Shown: positions 23,797 through 34,869, numbered from the stretch's first letter. The stretch: 64,000 nucleotides of DNA from Pachysolen tannophilus NRRL Y-2460 (GCA_001661245.1 KV454011.1:734348-798347); one strand, 5' to 3'. Notes: generated by a model from the sequence alone, not told the origin. Numbers and translations: made by a program.

Positions 23797-24528
23797 ATGA
23801 ATAATTCTAGGTTATCAAAGGAGATTTCAAAATTATTTAGATCAAAACCTGCATGTCTTCAAGATATTATATTACCATTAGAAGGTCAATCTTCAAATTT
23901 ATATTATTTAACAATTTATATAAAAGGTCCTGAACAAACACCTTATTATAATGGATTTTATAAAATATTAATTAAATTTCCAGAAAATTATCCATCAAGT
24001 CCACCAACACTGAGATTTCAAACAAAAATTTTTCATCCAAATATAAATTTTACTACTGGAGATGTTTGTGTTGATTTATTGAAAAAAAATTGGTCTCCAA
24101 ATAGAACAATAGATGATGTATTAGTAACAATAAGATGTTTATTAATAGAACCGAACCCTGAAAGTTCGTTGAATGATGAAGCAGGAAAATTGTTATTAGA
24201 AGATTATAATGAATTTGTTAAGACTGCTAAATTGATGACAAAAGTACATTCTTTAAAAAAAATTGAAGGTTATCAAGAATTAGAATTAGAAGAAAATAAA
24301 AATAATCAAGTTACAGAAGATAATATATCAGAAAATTTCCATTTGGACCATATTCAAGAGGAAAATACTGGTTTACAATCTAATAGTCTAGCTAATAATA
24401 ATGTCTTACAACCTTTGGGAAATGATAATTTGAATGTTATTAATAGTGGTGGAAGTACTGCTACAACTTCAAGTGTCACTGGTGATTTTCAAAAAACTAT
24501 TAGGCAAAAAAAGAAAAAACCGGTTTAA
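23797..24528 (+). CDS. Ubiquitin-conjugating E2 enzyme, UBE2S-like (C-terminal GLKRL in the -1 frame, ending 24539)
   Basis: GPEQTPY, TKIFHPNI..G.VC(active site)VDLLKK.W, TIRCLLIEPNPESSLNDEAGKLLLEDY..F.K.AKLMT.VH, which is the UBE2S signature. Confidence 0.85.
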   Translation: MNNSRLSKEISKLFRSKPACLQDIILPLEGQSSNLYYLTIYIKGPEQTPYYNGFYKILIKFPENYPSSPPTLRFQTKIFHPNINFTTGDVCVDLLKKNWSPNRTIDDVLVTIRCLLIEPNPESSLNDEAGKLLLEDYNEFVKTAKLMTKVHSLKKIEGYQELELEENKNNQVTEDNISENFHLDHIQEENTGLQSNSLANNNVLQPLGNDNLNVINSGGSTATTSSVTGDFQKTIRQKKKKPV

Positions 24529-24535
24529 AAAGATT

Positions 24536-24536
<1 letters not shown>

Positions 24537-24567
<31 letters not shown>
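24537..24567 (+). repeat. (TAA)n microsatellite
   Basis: About ten tandem TAA units beginning at the -1-frame stop codon of the E2 gene. Confidence 0.9.
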
Positions 24568-24568
<1 letters not shown>

Positions 24569-25178
24569 TCGTTTATAGCTTTTAATGCTTGTTTATATTA
24601 ATACTTTTTTCTTTTTTTCTTTCTTTTTTAGTTCTATTTCAAGTATTTTATAATTCTTAACTTCTAGTTTCAAGTTTCTACTTCTTGGTATTAATATCAA
24701 TCAATTCACTTTTCCAAATCAAACACTCGTAATCTTATCAGTAATCTTTCTACGGTAATTGTGTCCAATAATGGTTGTAAACCCCAAATAATAAAAGAAA
24801 AAAAAAAAAAACACAAAAATTTACAAAATTAAAGCTAAATAGATATGAAAACTATCTTATCACCAGACCCTTACCTTTATCTCTACTCAAGGAACAACAT
24901 AGACCAATAATATCAATCAATTTAAATATTAATGTATTTTTATAAGATTTCACGTTTGGGGAGAAGACAAAGGCAAAAAAACCACTACTCACATCTCACC
25001 TCACTAATTTAACTAACTAAAAAATAACAGCTAAATTCACATCCATTTTAAAAAGATAGATAAATATATATATATATATAATAAAATAAAAAATAAAAAG
25101 TTGACGAGCACAACGTGTTCAGTTGAATAAATAATTTATTTGTATATCTTATCAAGAAGATAAGTATCGTATATCATA

Positions 25179-25910
25179 ATGTCATATTCATGGGAACAAC
25201 TTTATGAAAATCCCGATCTTAAGGTAAAGTGAGTATAGGAATTGAATGAATTATGATTTATACAAATCACATAGTTGTGATTTAATTGTGTGAATTGAAT
25301 TTTTCACCTTTTTTAAAACTGATTAACTAACTAACTAACTATATACATTTATCTTTTGTTAGTCAACCATCCAAAGAGAAGATAATACCATCACCTCCAG
25401 GATTTTCTGAGATAAAAAGAAATAAGAATGAACCTACTCTCAATACTATTAAAAATTTTGATTTGGAAAAATTAAAACAAAAAGTAAGTAATTAATTGTT
25501 TATAAGTAAAGGATATTTAGTTTGAAGAGTTTATGTACTAACTAAGTCAATAATAATTTTAGAAAGCATGGGAGATGGCGTTTTCGCCAGCTAAGAACAT
25601 TCCTATGAATCTTATCATGTCTTATTTTTCTCCAAATTCATTGCAATTGATACCAATAATGATGACATTGATGTTATTTATAAACCCTGGAAAGGAAATT
25701 TTCTTTGGTTTGAAAAACTTGAACCTTATGGAAACAAAATCAAGTTATGATCTTATATTGATGAAACTGTGCTTCATTTTAATGTGTCTTGGAAATATGT
25801 TGATAGGTGTTTGGAAATTGAATAGTATGGGACTCATTCCAAATACTAAGAGTGATTGGTTAAGTTGGGAAAGTCTGGTCAAAGTTGAAGAGAAAAGTTG
25901 GTTGGCGTAG
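25179..25910 (+). CDS. EMC4: ER membrane complex subunit 4; exons 25179-25228, 25363-25483, 25563-25910
   Basis: PSPPGF, LKQK|KAWEMAFSPAKNIPMN, KLNSMGLIP..DWL.WE. Introns GTGAGT..CTAAC..TAG and GTAAGT..TACTAAC..TAG keep the frame. Confidence 0.9.
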
Positions 25911-26026
25911 ATAAGTTTATATAATAAGTATATAAAATTAGTGATGATAGATTACATAATAAAACAAAACAAAACAAAACAAGAAAATGAATATAAAATT
26001 AAAAGTAAAAATAAAAATAAAAGTAA

Positions 26027-28537
26027 TCATGAGTTATCTCTTCTAAATTTAAACCGTCCAAACTTCGATGTCGTACTCATACTATAAATGCTGTTATTAT
26101 CGCCGTTATGATCATCATTCAGCGAATTTGGAGGCTGGTGAACATTGAAACCCATCTCTTGATCACTGTGATTATTTAAATCCATTGACCTTTCCTTTTG
26201 TTCAGAATCATGATTTTCCATTTTTGATATCAAGGATAAAGCCACATCAGGTTTAATTCTCGTGAATAATGTATTTTTATATTGATTATAATAGTCCAGT
26301 GATGAATTTTTTAATAATAATACAGTTTGATTCAATTCAATAAAGGTACTATTCAATGATATGGCACTTGTTGGTGTATCAAGTTGTCTTGTTCCTCCGT
26401 TAAGTGTATTGACAATTGACTCCAAATATGATGTATCCAAGTCAAAATTTGAGATGGCTTCTTTTGTGATGGTATTATTTTCTTTTAACAATTTCAAGAA
26501 TTGGTCAGCTAACAAATCAAAAGATCTAAATAATAATAATCTCTTGATAGATGTTGGTAAATTATTGAAATTTGTATTAAACATCATTTCTAAGAACTCA
26601 CCAATATCTTTTATGAAAATATTAGGTTCTGTATTTAACTCTTTTGTCTGCCAATCCCAGTTGGCAAAATCAATTAAACCTTCAATCTTGGAATCAACCA
26701 TTTCAAATAACTTTGATTCTGCTTTTTTACGTAATTCTATGAATTTTTCATAAGATTTTAAAGTAATAGTCGTTAATGAATTTGATGGCAGTGATTGTAA
26801 AGAAATTAATTTCTCAAATTGACTTATTGAATTAGAAAAAAATTCTAAATTTATTAAATTTTGTGATATTTCTTCTTTTATAGTCGAATCTGTCTTCATT
26901 TTCAAATATTTAATGACAATCTGAATGAGAATGTTATCCAATGAATCTGCTAATATGTTATTTAAATCGTTCAAGTTATACATATAGTAATTATGAATAA
27001 ATTTAAAATGGTCATTGATAAATTGTCTGATTTGTATACAGGTCATTGGGTACAACGATGAAAATGGTAAAGTTTTTGGAAAACTTTCATCTGTATCTTT
27101 TGAAGGTTTATACCAGCTGACTGTAAGTATTCTTTTATATAAAGCAGCCTGGTTGATAATCATTGGCATTGAGTCATCTTCAGCTATAATTTCTTGGAAA
27201 TCTTTATTGAATTGTTCAAATCTTAATTTTGTAAACTTCTTATAGCACGCTATTAAAATCTTGTTTATATTATCCAAATTATAATTATAATTATCTAAAA
27301 CTTGAATGAATAACGCCATCAAATCTTTAAACTGATCTAAATCATTTAAAGTTTCCACTTTATGAGAAAGAAAATTGTTTAATGAAAGATTTAATTTGGA
27401 CATCAATGATTGATAAAGATCATTCAAATTCACTGTTGTTCTCAATTTGTAATTTGTCTTTCTACTTATTATTTGATCACTAATTAAAAATCCCAAAATA
27501 CTACTTATAAAACTTGATAATTCATCAAAGTTTTCAAAAGTTGATGTTGGCAAAGAATTTTTACGATGATATCCATTTTTTTGTTGAAGTTTCGGTTCAT
27601 TTTTAAATAAATCTGATATTAAACGATCACGTTTATTTAACCATTCTTTACTAAAATTTTCTCTTAAAATTTCTTCTTCGTTTAAAGTTTCAAATACTAA
27701 TAAACCATCATAAATTGGTTTCAAATCAATATTCACCAATCCAAATGGTTCAAAAGTAGCATGATCTCTAAGACTCAACTCTATAGCAGAATTTACTTTA
27801 AAATCTTTTAAATCAGGGTTTTCTTTCACGATATTTATCCAATTATTATTGATTTCAAGCATATTGCTAAACAAAGATTCTCCAATTGTCTTTAAATTTT
27901 TCTCTAAATTGGTTAACCATCTCTTGATATAATTTATAGATTCATCTTTAATCATTGATTGTAAAAAAGGAATAGAATTAAAAATTTTTTTCGTAAATTC
28001 GAAATTTTCAAAATATTCTTCATTAAAGTTAATATTTGATAAATCATCTAATAACTTCAACGCATTATAAAAATTTTTCTTTGAAATCAGATCAATGACT
28101 TTATTTGTTAATTCTAAAATTTGCAAACAAGATTGCAAAATATACATTGTTTCATTAATCTTATTATTTATTTTTTTATAATTGATTAAAATTGATTTCT
28201 TTGTCTTCAAATCAAATCCTGTTTTCTCCATTTCTTTATATATTAACAATATTTGTTCCGACAACTTGGAAGAATTCACTTTAATCTTATTAAAGCTCTC
28301 AATCGATTTAAGAATATCATTACCACTATGAAACGATAAATCTTCTACCGCGCCTTCTTTAGTTAAAGCAGTTTCTTCCAATTCGTTTAATAATTCATCT
28401 AGTTTATTTTCCTTGAGTGATTTTTTAATTATTGGAATTAATTGATCTATATAAGCATCTGTATTCAATATATCATGTGCAGTCCCACTACCACCACCAT
28501 CAGATAGCTTCTCCAATGCATTCCGTATTGTCGACAT
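26027..28537 (-). CDS. SEC15: Exocyst subunit Sec15
   Basis: 836 aa helical protein with YIDQLIPIIK, FYNALKLLDDL, DDSMPM, LPFSSLYPM, KIEGLIDFANWDW motifs. Confidence 0.9.
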   Translation of the reverse strand: MSTIRNALEKLSDGGGSGTAHDILNTDAYIDQLIPIIKKSLKENKLDELLNELEETALTKEGAVEDLSFHSGNDILKSIESFNKIKVNSSKLSEQILLIYKEMEKTGFDLKTKKSILINYKKINNKINETMYILQSCLQILELTNKVIDLISKKNFYNALKLLDDLSNINFNEEYFENFEFTKKIFNSIPFLQSMIKDESINYIKRWLTNLEKNLKTIGESLFSNMLEINNNWINIVKENPDLKDFKVNSAIELSLRDHATFEPFGLVNIDLKPIYDGLLVFETLNEEEILRENFSKEWLNKRDRLISDLFKNEPKLQQKNGYHRKNSLPTSTFENFDELSSFISSILGFLISDQIISRKTNYKLRTTVNLNDLYQSLMSKLNLSLNNFLSHKVETLNDLDQFKDLMALFIQVLDNYNYNLDNINKILIACYKKFTKLRFEQFNKDFQEIIAEDDSMPMIINQAALYKRILTVSWYKPSKDTDESFPKTLPFSSLYPMTCIQIRQFINDHFKFIHNYYMYNLNDLNNILADSLDNILIQIVIKYLKMKTDSTIKEEISQNLINLEFFSNSISQFEKLISLQSLPSNSLTTITLKSYEKFIELRKKAESKLFEMVDSKIEGLIDFANWDWQTKELNTEPNIFIKDIGEFLEMMFNTNFNNLPTSIKRLLLFRSFDLLADQFLKLLKENNTITKEAISNFDLDTSYLESIVNTLNGGTRQLDTPTSAISLNSTFIELNQTVLLLKNSSLDYYNQYKNTLFTRIKPDVALSLISKMENHDSEQKERSMDLNNHSDQEMGFNVHQPPNSLNDDHNGDNNSIYSMSTTSKFGRFKFRRDNS

Positions 28538-28599
28538 CTTTTGGTATCAAAGTCAATCTGTTTTTATAAGTTATAATAATAAAATATATATGTATGTGT

Positions 28600-28630
<31 letters not shown>

Positions 28631-28735
28631 AATATATGTTTTTATTTACAAAAAAAAATTTAATACGAACAAAGATAAATTAAAATATATATATATATAT
28701 CAAAACAGCGATAACGAGCAAGATACAACGATATA

Positions 28736-29665
28736 ATGAACAATCAAGTCTTGATAGTTGGTGCTCCACATACGGGGAAACTAACGCTTTTGAAAGAGTT
28801 ATTTGGTGTTGATTTTAAAGATTATAATATTGAAAATGATTCACATAGTGGGGTTGTTATAAATGATATAGAAATCAAGACAAAATACTATACTACTAAG
28901 ATTGGATTTTGGATTGATGAGTTTCAAGAGAGAGGTTCTAGTGCTGGTAATGATATTGAAGATTTTGCCGAATGGTGTAGAGAATTGAGCTCACCAAGTA
29001 TGAGGGAAATACGAGAAGTGTTAAAAGGATTAATATTCACTTTTAATATGAATGCTGATTTAGCCCAAATTTCTAAAAAATCTGAGCATCTATACGAGTT
29101 GATTGAAATATTTAATCAAGAAAGTGTTGATAATAATAATAATAATAATGATAGTAATGACTCTGATGTATATGGTTGGGAAGGTTTAAAAATTGCAATT
29201 GGTTTCAATAAGGATAAAGTACCCATCTCAGAGAAAAAATTAATAGAACTTGATGATATTTTCCTAAATAATGGATTTGAATTTGTTTGGTTTGAAGAAC
29301 CACAATCATTAAATAATGATTCATCTCTAATTGGGAAAGAACGTGTGCGAAATATACTTGAAACAAATGATTGGTCAAATATAACTACTTCCAACAAGAA
29401 CAAAGCAACAACCCAAACAACTGACGAAGATATCCAGCAAATGTTGACAAGATTATTATCGTCGGATACAGATACCAATACCGATAATGATAACAATATA
29501 GAGAAAACAGAAATTAAAACTGAAAAAGATGAGTCTAAAGTAGACTATATCGAATTACTTGAAAAACTTAAAAATGCAAAACTAACCATATCTACACTAG
29601 ACAATGAACAGAATAAAATGGACTACGCAAAAAAAATTCTTTCTGATGTTGTCAAATACATATAA
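28736..29665 (+). CDS. IRC6: Alpha/gamma-adaptin-binding protein p34 family
   Basis: GAPHTGK G-like loop, DSHSG..I.TKYY..IGFWIDE, EIREVL.GLIFT, GKERVRNILETNDW. Confidence 0.85.
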   Translation: MNNQVLIVGAPHTGKLTLLKELFGVDFKDYNIENDSHSGVVINDIEIKTKYYTTKIGFWIDEFQERGSSAGNDIEDFAEWCRELSSPSMREIREVLKGLIFTFNMNADLAQISKKSEHLYELIEIFNQESVDNNNNNNDSNDSDVYGWEGLKIAIGFNKDKVPISEKKLIELDDIFLNNGFEFVWFEEPQSLNNDSSLIGKERVRNILETNDWSNITTSNKNKATTQTTDEDIQQMLTRLLSSDTDTNTDNDNNIEKTEIKTEKDESKVDYIELLEKLKNAKLTISTLDNEQNKMDYAKKILSDVVKYI

Positions 29666-30060
29666 AGACCCAGATCATCATTATCCTTTTATTTCTTAAG
29701 ATCCACTGCTTATCCATACTTTTCATCAAAAAACAATCAAGATAGAGTCCCAAAGGACGGAGTCAAAAAGACAGAGTCATCAAAGGAAAGAATAAAAGGT
29801 AGTGCAGAAACAATCACATACCCTTTTGGGATTTCGGGCCATTTTTTTCACAAAAGAAAAAAAAATTGTGAGTGAGGTTTGTAAGTTGATAATACTGTTT
29901 TATAATTGGTATATATATATGTATATGTATATATATGACTTGTGAAGTAGATTGAACTTTCCTTTGTCTTGTATTTGGGTTAGGACTATTATATTTACTT
30001 TATCATTATTTATTTTTAAGTTTTTTATTTTGCATTTCGACTTTGTTCGTGTTCATCAAT

Positions 30061-30062
<2 letters not shown>

Positions 30063-30097
<35 letters not shown>
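30063..30097 (+). repeat. (AT)n microsatellite
   Basis: Perfect AT dinucleotide run upstream of LIP5; similar runs near 12292, 20317, 21454 and 28606. Confidence 0.9.
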
Positions 30098-30100
<3 letters not shown>

Positions 30101-30129
30101 TAAGAGTTGGAGAAGAAACTAAAGCATAA

Positions 30130-31353
30130 ATGATGTTTGCGGTAACCAGATCGACTTCGACTTCGGTATCATCATTATCTTTAAAATGTTTTTGGTCAAG
30201 AGAAATTGGGGGTTCAGCCCGTGCAATTTCTTCAATTTCATCAAAAAATGCACCTGAAGCAGTGTCAGCATCATCAATAACTACACAAGTTGGAGTTCCT
30301 TCATCTATGAAGGTAAAAGTTAAAAAAAGACGTACTACAAGGTTTTCGGATAAACTCAATAAAGGACCTTCGTTTGAAGATTTTGTAATGGGGAAAGCTG
30401 CTGATATGTTGGTGGATCCATTAGAGCAAGCTAGAACTGATCCAAATGCAAGACTTCCTGAATGGTTAAAAACTCCAATTCCTAAAGGTAAATCTTTCCA
30501 TAGTTTGAAAAAAGATTTAAAAGATTTAAAATTATCAACTGTTTGTGAAGAAGCAAAATGTCCCAATATTGGTGAATGTTGGGGAGGTAAGAAATCAGAA
30601 GCTACTGCTACAATTATGTTAATGGGTGATACATGTACAAGAGGTTGTAGATTTTGTTCAGTTAAGACGAGTAGAACTCCGGGACCTTTGGATCCAAATG
30701 AACCGGAAAATACAGCAGAAGCCATATCAAGGTGGGGATTGGGTTATGTGGTCTTAACCACTGTTGATAGAGATGATTTGGCCGATGGTGGTTCCCATCA
30801 TTTGTCGAAAACAGTGATGAAGATTAAAGAAAAGGCACCACAAATCTTGGTTGAAGTTCTCAGTGGTGATTTTAGAGGTGATTTGAAAATGGCAGCAGTC
30901 CTTGCCTCTTCTCCATTGGATGTATTTGCTCATAATATGGAAACAGTAGAAGATTTGACTCCATATGTAAGAGATCGTAGAGCAACATATAGACAATCTT
31001 TATCAGTATTGGATACAGCTAAAAAGACAAACCCAAATTTGGTAACAAAAACTTCGTTAATGTTAGGTTTTGGAGAATCAGATCAACAGATCATGCAAAC
31101 TTTAAAAGATTTAAGAGATATAAATTGTGACGTTGTTACATTTGGTCAATATATGAGACCAACAAAGAGACATATGAAAGTAGTTGAATATGTTAGACCT
31201 GAAAAATTTGAATATTGGAAACAAACAGCTTTAGATATGGGATTCTTGTATTGTGCTAGTGGCCCATTGGTTAGAAGTTCTTATAAAGCTGGTGAGGCAT
31301 TCATAGAAAATGTGCTAAAAAACAGAAGAAGACAAACACCTCTAACTACTTGA
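30130..31353 (+). CDS. LIP5: Mitochondrial lipoyl synthase (radical SAM)
   Basis: [12 protein letters not shown] and CTRGCRFC clusters, RSSYKAGE; Ser/Arg-rich presequence. Confidence 0.97.
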   Translation: MMFAVTRSTSTSVSSLSLKCFWSREIGGSARAISSISSKNAPEAVSASSITTQVGVPSSMKVKVKKRRTTRFSDKLNKGPSFEDFVMGKAADMLVDPLEQARTDPNARLPEWLKTPIPKGKSFHSLKKDLKDLKLSTVCEEAKCPNIGECWGGKKSEATATIMLMGDTCTRGCRFCSVKTSRTPGPLDPNEPENTAEAISRWGLGYVVLTTVDRDDLADGGSHHLSKTVMKIKEKAPQILVEVLSGDFRGDLKMAAVLASSPLDVFAHNMETVEDLTPYVRDRRATYRQSLSVLDTAKKTNPNLVTKTSLMLGFGESDQQIMQTLKDLRDINCDVVTFGQYMRPTKRHMKVVEYVRPEKFEYWKQTALDMGFLYCASGPLVRSSYKAGEAFIENVLKNRRRQTPLTT

Positions 31354-31450
31354 ATTGAATCATACTTATATATTTATATTTATACATATATATATACTTA
31401 CTTACTTTTACCTGCTTTGATGTTTTAGTTATGCCCCGTATATAAAAATT

Positions 31451-31472
31451 AAAAATTTTTTGAAAAATTTTT
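31451..31472 (+). promoter_or_regulatory. RRPE elements upstream of POP7
   Basis: AAAAATTTTTTGAAAAATTTTT containing TGAAAAATTTT. Confidence 0.5.
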
Positions 31473-31618
31473 GTAGTTAACTGAAGGGCGTTTAAATTAT
31501 ATATAATAAATAATATTAACTAATTTATTTTTGGTTTGAGTAAAGATAAATAGATTAATGAATATTCAAGAGTTGTAATTTTCTGTGTTTAAGTTTTATT
31601 GGGGCGAAGGAAATTAGA

Positions 31619-32065
31619 ATGTCAATTAAAGAAGGAAATATTAATCCAAAATCATTGAAGTTGTCTTTGAAGAAACCTAGAATTACAGATAGTAAAATAA
31701 TAAAACATGCACCAGTAAGACAATTTAAATATTCGAATTTACAGAAAAAATATTATATAAAGTCATCAACACCTTTTATATCATCTTTGAAACATATAGA
31801 TAAGAAATTAGTCAAGTTGGAATCCATAACTAATAAGCAGAAAAGTAAGCAGACGTATATATCGATTTTTGGCATGGGTAAAACCATTGAGAAAGTTTTA
31901 AATATAGGATTACATTATCAAGATGAGAAACATTATAGAATTGAAACTTTAACAGGAAGTACGGTGGTATTAGACGAGTTTGAGAATTTAAAAGATTTTG
32001 AGAACGAGAATATCTTGAGGAAAAGAGAACTCAGTGGAATAGAAATAAGAATATATTTTAAATAA
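31619..32065 (+). CDS. POP7: RNase P/MRP subunit Pop7 (Rpp20, Alba fold)
   Basis: KHAP..YIKSSTPFISSLKHIDKKL, GMGKTIEKVL.IGL.YQ, TG.TVVLDEF, RKRELSGIEIRI. Confidence 0.85.
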   Translation: MSIKEGNINPKSLKLSLKKPRITDSKIIKHAPVRQFKYSNLQKKYYIKSSTPFISSLKHIDKKLVKLESITNKQKSKQTYISIFGMGKTIEKVLNIGLHYQDEKHYRIETLTGSTVVLDEFENLKDFENENILRKRELSGIEIRIYFK

Positions 32066-32102
32066 AGCTTAATTGTACATACATTTATTTAACTATTTTA
32101 TT

Positions 32103-32738
32103 TTATTTATTTTCATCATTGATTATTGTCTTCTTATTCAAGCATCGCTGCTTTATTTCACCAACCTCATTAGCACACATTGACATTTTGTAATTTTTTT
32201 TATTTTTATTTTCCTTTTCCAAGTCCAGGTTCTTCGATATCTTATCCAATACTAAATTACAATTCAAAAGACATTCATCATACATTTTCCTAAAATACAA
32301 GTTTTCTAAAAAATGTATTAGTTTAACATGGTTGACTTTCAAATCAAAATCTAGTTCTCCAATATCTAATTGGAAAAGCCAATCTTCAGTATTAAGAAAA
32401 GGTCCTGTAGAATAAAACATATCTTTTTGAGCTTGATAATGTTCTTCAGATTGACCCTTCCGTATCTTGAGCTTTCCCGATTGTTTTTTAACAACTATTT
32501 CTCCGCCCTCGCTTGTACTTATTCTCTCATCTTTAACCAACTGTTTACCCTGGTCATTTATATTTAATCCAGTCTTTATAGATTCATTTAATTCCTTCAC
32601 TTCTTTCGATTCCGTTGGTTCATGCTGTTCTGTTGCTTCCTTTGTAGTAACTTCTTGGTCTTGGAAAAATGACATACTTGAGAACGATCTCTTTGAATAC
32701 TCCACTAATGATAACCTTCTCAAATACAATTTAATCAT
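32103..32738 (-). CDS. Conserved yeast protein of unknown function (resembles YJR012C)
   Basis: 211 aa ORF; KIRKGQSEEHY..GP..TEDW and LYF.KMY..C motifs recalled from the YJR012C family. Confidence 0.55.
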   Translation of the reverse strand: MIKLYLRRLSLVEYSKRSFSSMSFFQDQEVTTKEATEQHEPTESKEVKELNESIKTGLNINDQGKQLVKDERISTSEGGEIVVKKQSGKLKIRKGQSEEHYQAQKDMFYSTGPFLNTEDWLFQLDIGELDFDLKVNHVKLIHFLENLYFRKMYDECLLNCNLVLDKISKNLDLEKENKNKKNYKMSMCANEVGEIKQRCLNKKTIINDENK

Positions 32739-32994
32739 ATAGTTGACAAATATTTCAAGTGTTTAAAATATTCAATAATATAAAATATGTTCAGTTTGTA
32801 CTGTAGTTCTTCTATACATCATATAGAAAAAAAAAAATTTTTTTTTATGTGGATTCTACGTGATGAGATCAAAAAATTTCAGTTTTTACAAGTTAATATT
32901 AATGATACATACTATACACATTAAGACTATTGCCTCACCCAATGTCTTTGAGATTCTCGTTTAATCGTTTGTATTTCTTTTTCTCTTTCAAGTT

Positions 32995-34869
32995 TTAAAG
33001 ATCAGGGTATAATTCCAATAACATGTCATTACAGAGGAACCTTTTCTGGTTCCAATCAAATTTTTTGAAAAATAAACCAAGTAAATCTTTCTCTGCAAAT
33101 TTGGTAACCTGATAAGAAAAGATTTCATCTTGATAGTCAGCCTTGTGTATAGAAGATTGTTCATAGACTTCAATTGTTCCATTTGCAGTATAGCATACAT
33201 AGTACAATATGACAGTCTTATAAGATGTCTTGTAATGCCATCCAACAACAATACAATCCTGTTCAGATCTTGAATGATACAACACATCTCCAACATAATA
33301 AGGAGGATTTATTTTATCTTCTGGTTTTGAAATGTCAGAGTTTATTCTTCTGTTAGCAACCATGTTATATGTTTCATGAAAATTAGGAATTAGTTTATAT
33401 GATTTCTTGAAATTGATTAAAATTTCTTCAATTCCGGAAACTTTCATGTTCATTCTCAGAATATGGAAAGCTTGAATTGGACAATATCTAGCAATTTTAT
33501 TTATTACGGTATCACAAAATAATTGCACAAAAAAAGAATTTTTTGTAGAACTTATTTCATTTTGTTCATTTATAGAATCATTTCCCCATTCATTTTGTGG
33601 AGACATTAACAATAAAGCTTTATAAATTGCTCTGAAATAAAATATATCATTTTTATCTAAACTGCAGAGACGTAAAGATAACATTTTTGCTATCTCATCA
33701 TTTCTATCGGTAAATGCTGCATTCAGTGAATCTTGGAGTTCTAAAGTATCAACTGAAGCATGTTTATCAATTGAGTCAAAGAAATTGGATATTAAATTCA
33801 AAACTGTCAACCTCTTGAAATACTGTCGCACTTCTTTTTCTTGTACAACACCATTACTTCTTAGAATATTTAAAACTTGACAATGATCATAAACTTTAGC
33901 ACTTGATCTCTTGATAAAAAAATAACTTCTCTTTTCATCAAAATTTTCATCTTCTACAACGAAAAAAGATCTAGTTAAATAGGTTTTAAAACCTAATTTA
34001 TCACATATATGACTAATGATTGAACAAAGTGATATATGATTACCTCTGATATCGCCAGAGTATACCCTCAAAATCATCAAGTCTTCAATACAGGTTAAAG
34101 TTCTATTTTCAATATGCAGTGGTAATTTCACCACTGTGAAAAAAATCTTGACAATTAATAATACCAATTGAGTAGCTTTTTTCTTGTACAACAAATAAGA
34201 ATATTCTGGAGTATTCACCACTCTTAAATATTCTGAAATAACCCTATCTATAACTTTTTTCCTATATGGGAGTAACTCATAATAATAGGTATCAACATTA
34301 TTTAAAATTAATAGAATCTCTTCCATAGATTTTTCAGAAAATTTGATTTTGTTATTGTTATTGCTATTTCCTGGAACTATCGAATATAACAAATCATAAA
34401 TTTTTTTATATTTAAAAAAATTTAACAAGTAGTTTGCTCTGAAAATAGTTGATAAATGGTTTAATCTTCTTTTCATCAAAAATTCTTTTGGTTCTTTTTT
34501 ATTATAATGATCACATAGTTCTACCAATTTAGGTATACAATTTTCTTTATAATTTTCTAAACTTAACAATATAAAATCATTATTTGCATTTTCATTTAAA
34601 ACCAATTGTTCAATTTCCTGATCAATAATTGATCTAGATTTGTAATATCTCATATAATCCCCTACTCGGTCCAAATCTTCCTTATTCGAATAATCATTAT
34701 CAAACCATTTTCTTAAAGTCAAATGTCTCCATATATCATTCGAAGTTAACGTACGATTAAAATCTTTGTTCACTTGAATCAAGTTAACCAAATCTTTTTC
34801 ATCTAAAAATTCTTTGACCAACAATAACCAAATATCCTGAGGTAAATCATTTATTGTCCTAATAACCAT
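32995..34869 (-). CDS. F-box protein with transglutaminase-like core and C-terminal YccV/HspQ-like domain (FBXO21-type)
   Basis: F-box INDLPQDIWLLL..L...DL..L..V.K; C-terminal YYVGDVLYH...CIVVGW..LLGLFFKKFD...RF....L...YPD. First ATG at 34869. Confidence 0.7.
   Translation of the reverse strand: MVIRTINDLPQDIWLLLVKEFLDEKDLVNLIQVNKDFNRTLTSNDIWRHLTLRKWFDNDYSNKEDLDRVGDYMRYYKSRSIIDQEIEQLVLNENANNDFILLSLENYKENCIPKLVELCDHYNKKEPKEFLMKRRLNHLSTIFRANYLLNFFKYKKIYDLLYSIVPGNSNNNNKIKFSEKSMEEILLILNNVDTYYYELLPYRKKVIDRVISEYLRVVNTPEYSYLLYKKKATQLVLLIVKIFFTVVKLPLHIENRTLTCIEDLMILRVYSGDIRGNHISLCSIISHICDKLGFKTYLTRSFFVVEDENFDEKRSYFFIKRSSAKVYDHCQVLNILRSNGVVQEKEVRQYFKRLTVLNLISNFFDSIDKHASVDTLELQDSLNAAFTDRNDEIAKMLSLRLCSLDKNDIFYFRAIYKALLLMSPQNEWGNDSINEQNEISSTKNSFFVQLFCDTVINKIARYCPIQAFHILRMNMKVSGIEEILINFKKSYKLIPNFHETYNMVANRRINSDISKPEDKINPPYYVGDVLYHSRSEQDCIVVGWHYKTSYKTVILYYVCYTANGTIEVYEQSSIHKADYQDEIFSYQVTKFAEKDLLGLFFKKFDWNQKRFLCNDMLLELYPDL

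Noticed and set aside
24600..24900. Short minus-strand open stretches and a GTAAGG between the E2 gene and EMC4
   Set aside because: The only ATG is followed by an early stop, there is no branch/acceptor set, and I recognised no homology.
30006..30725. 239-aa ORF antisense to LIP5
   Set aside because: Mirror of a conserved gene that runs into an (AT)n microsatellite; no family signature.
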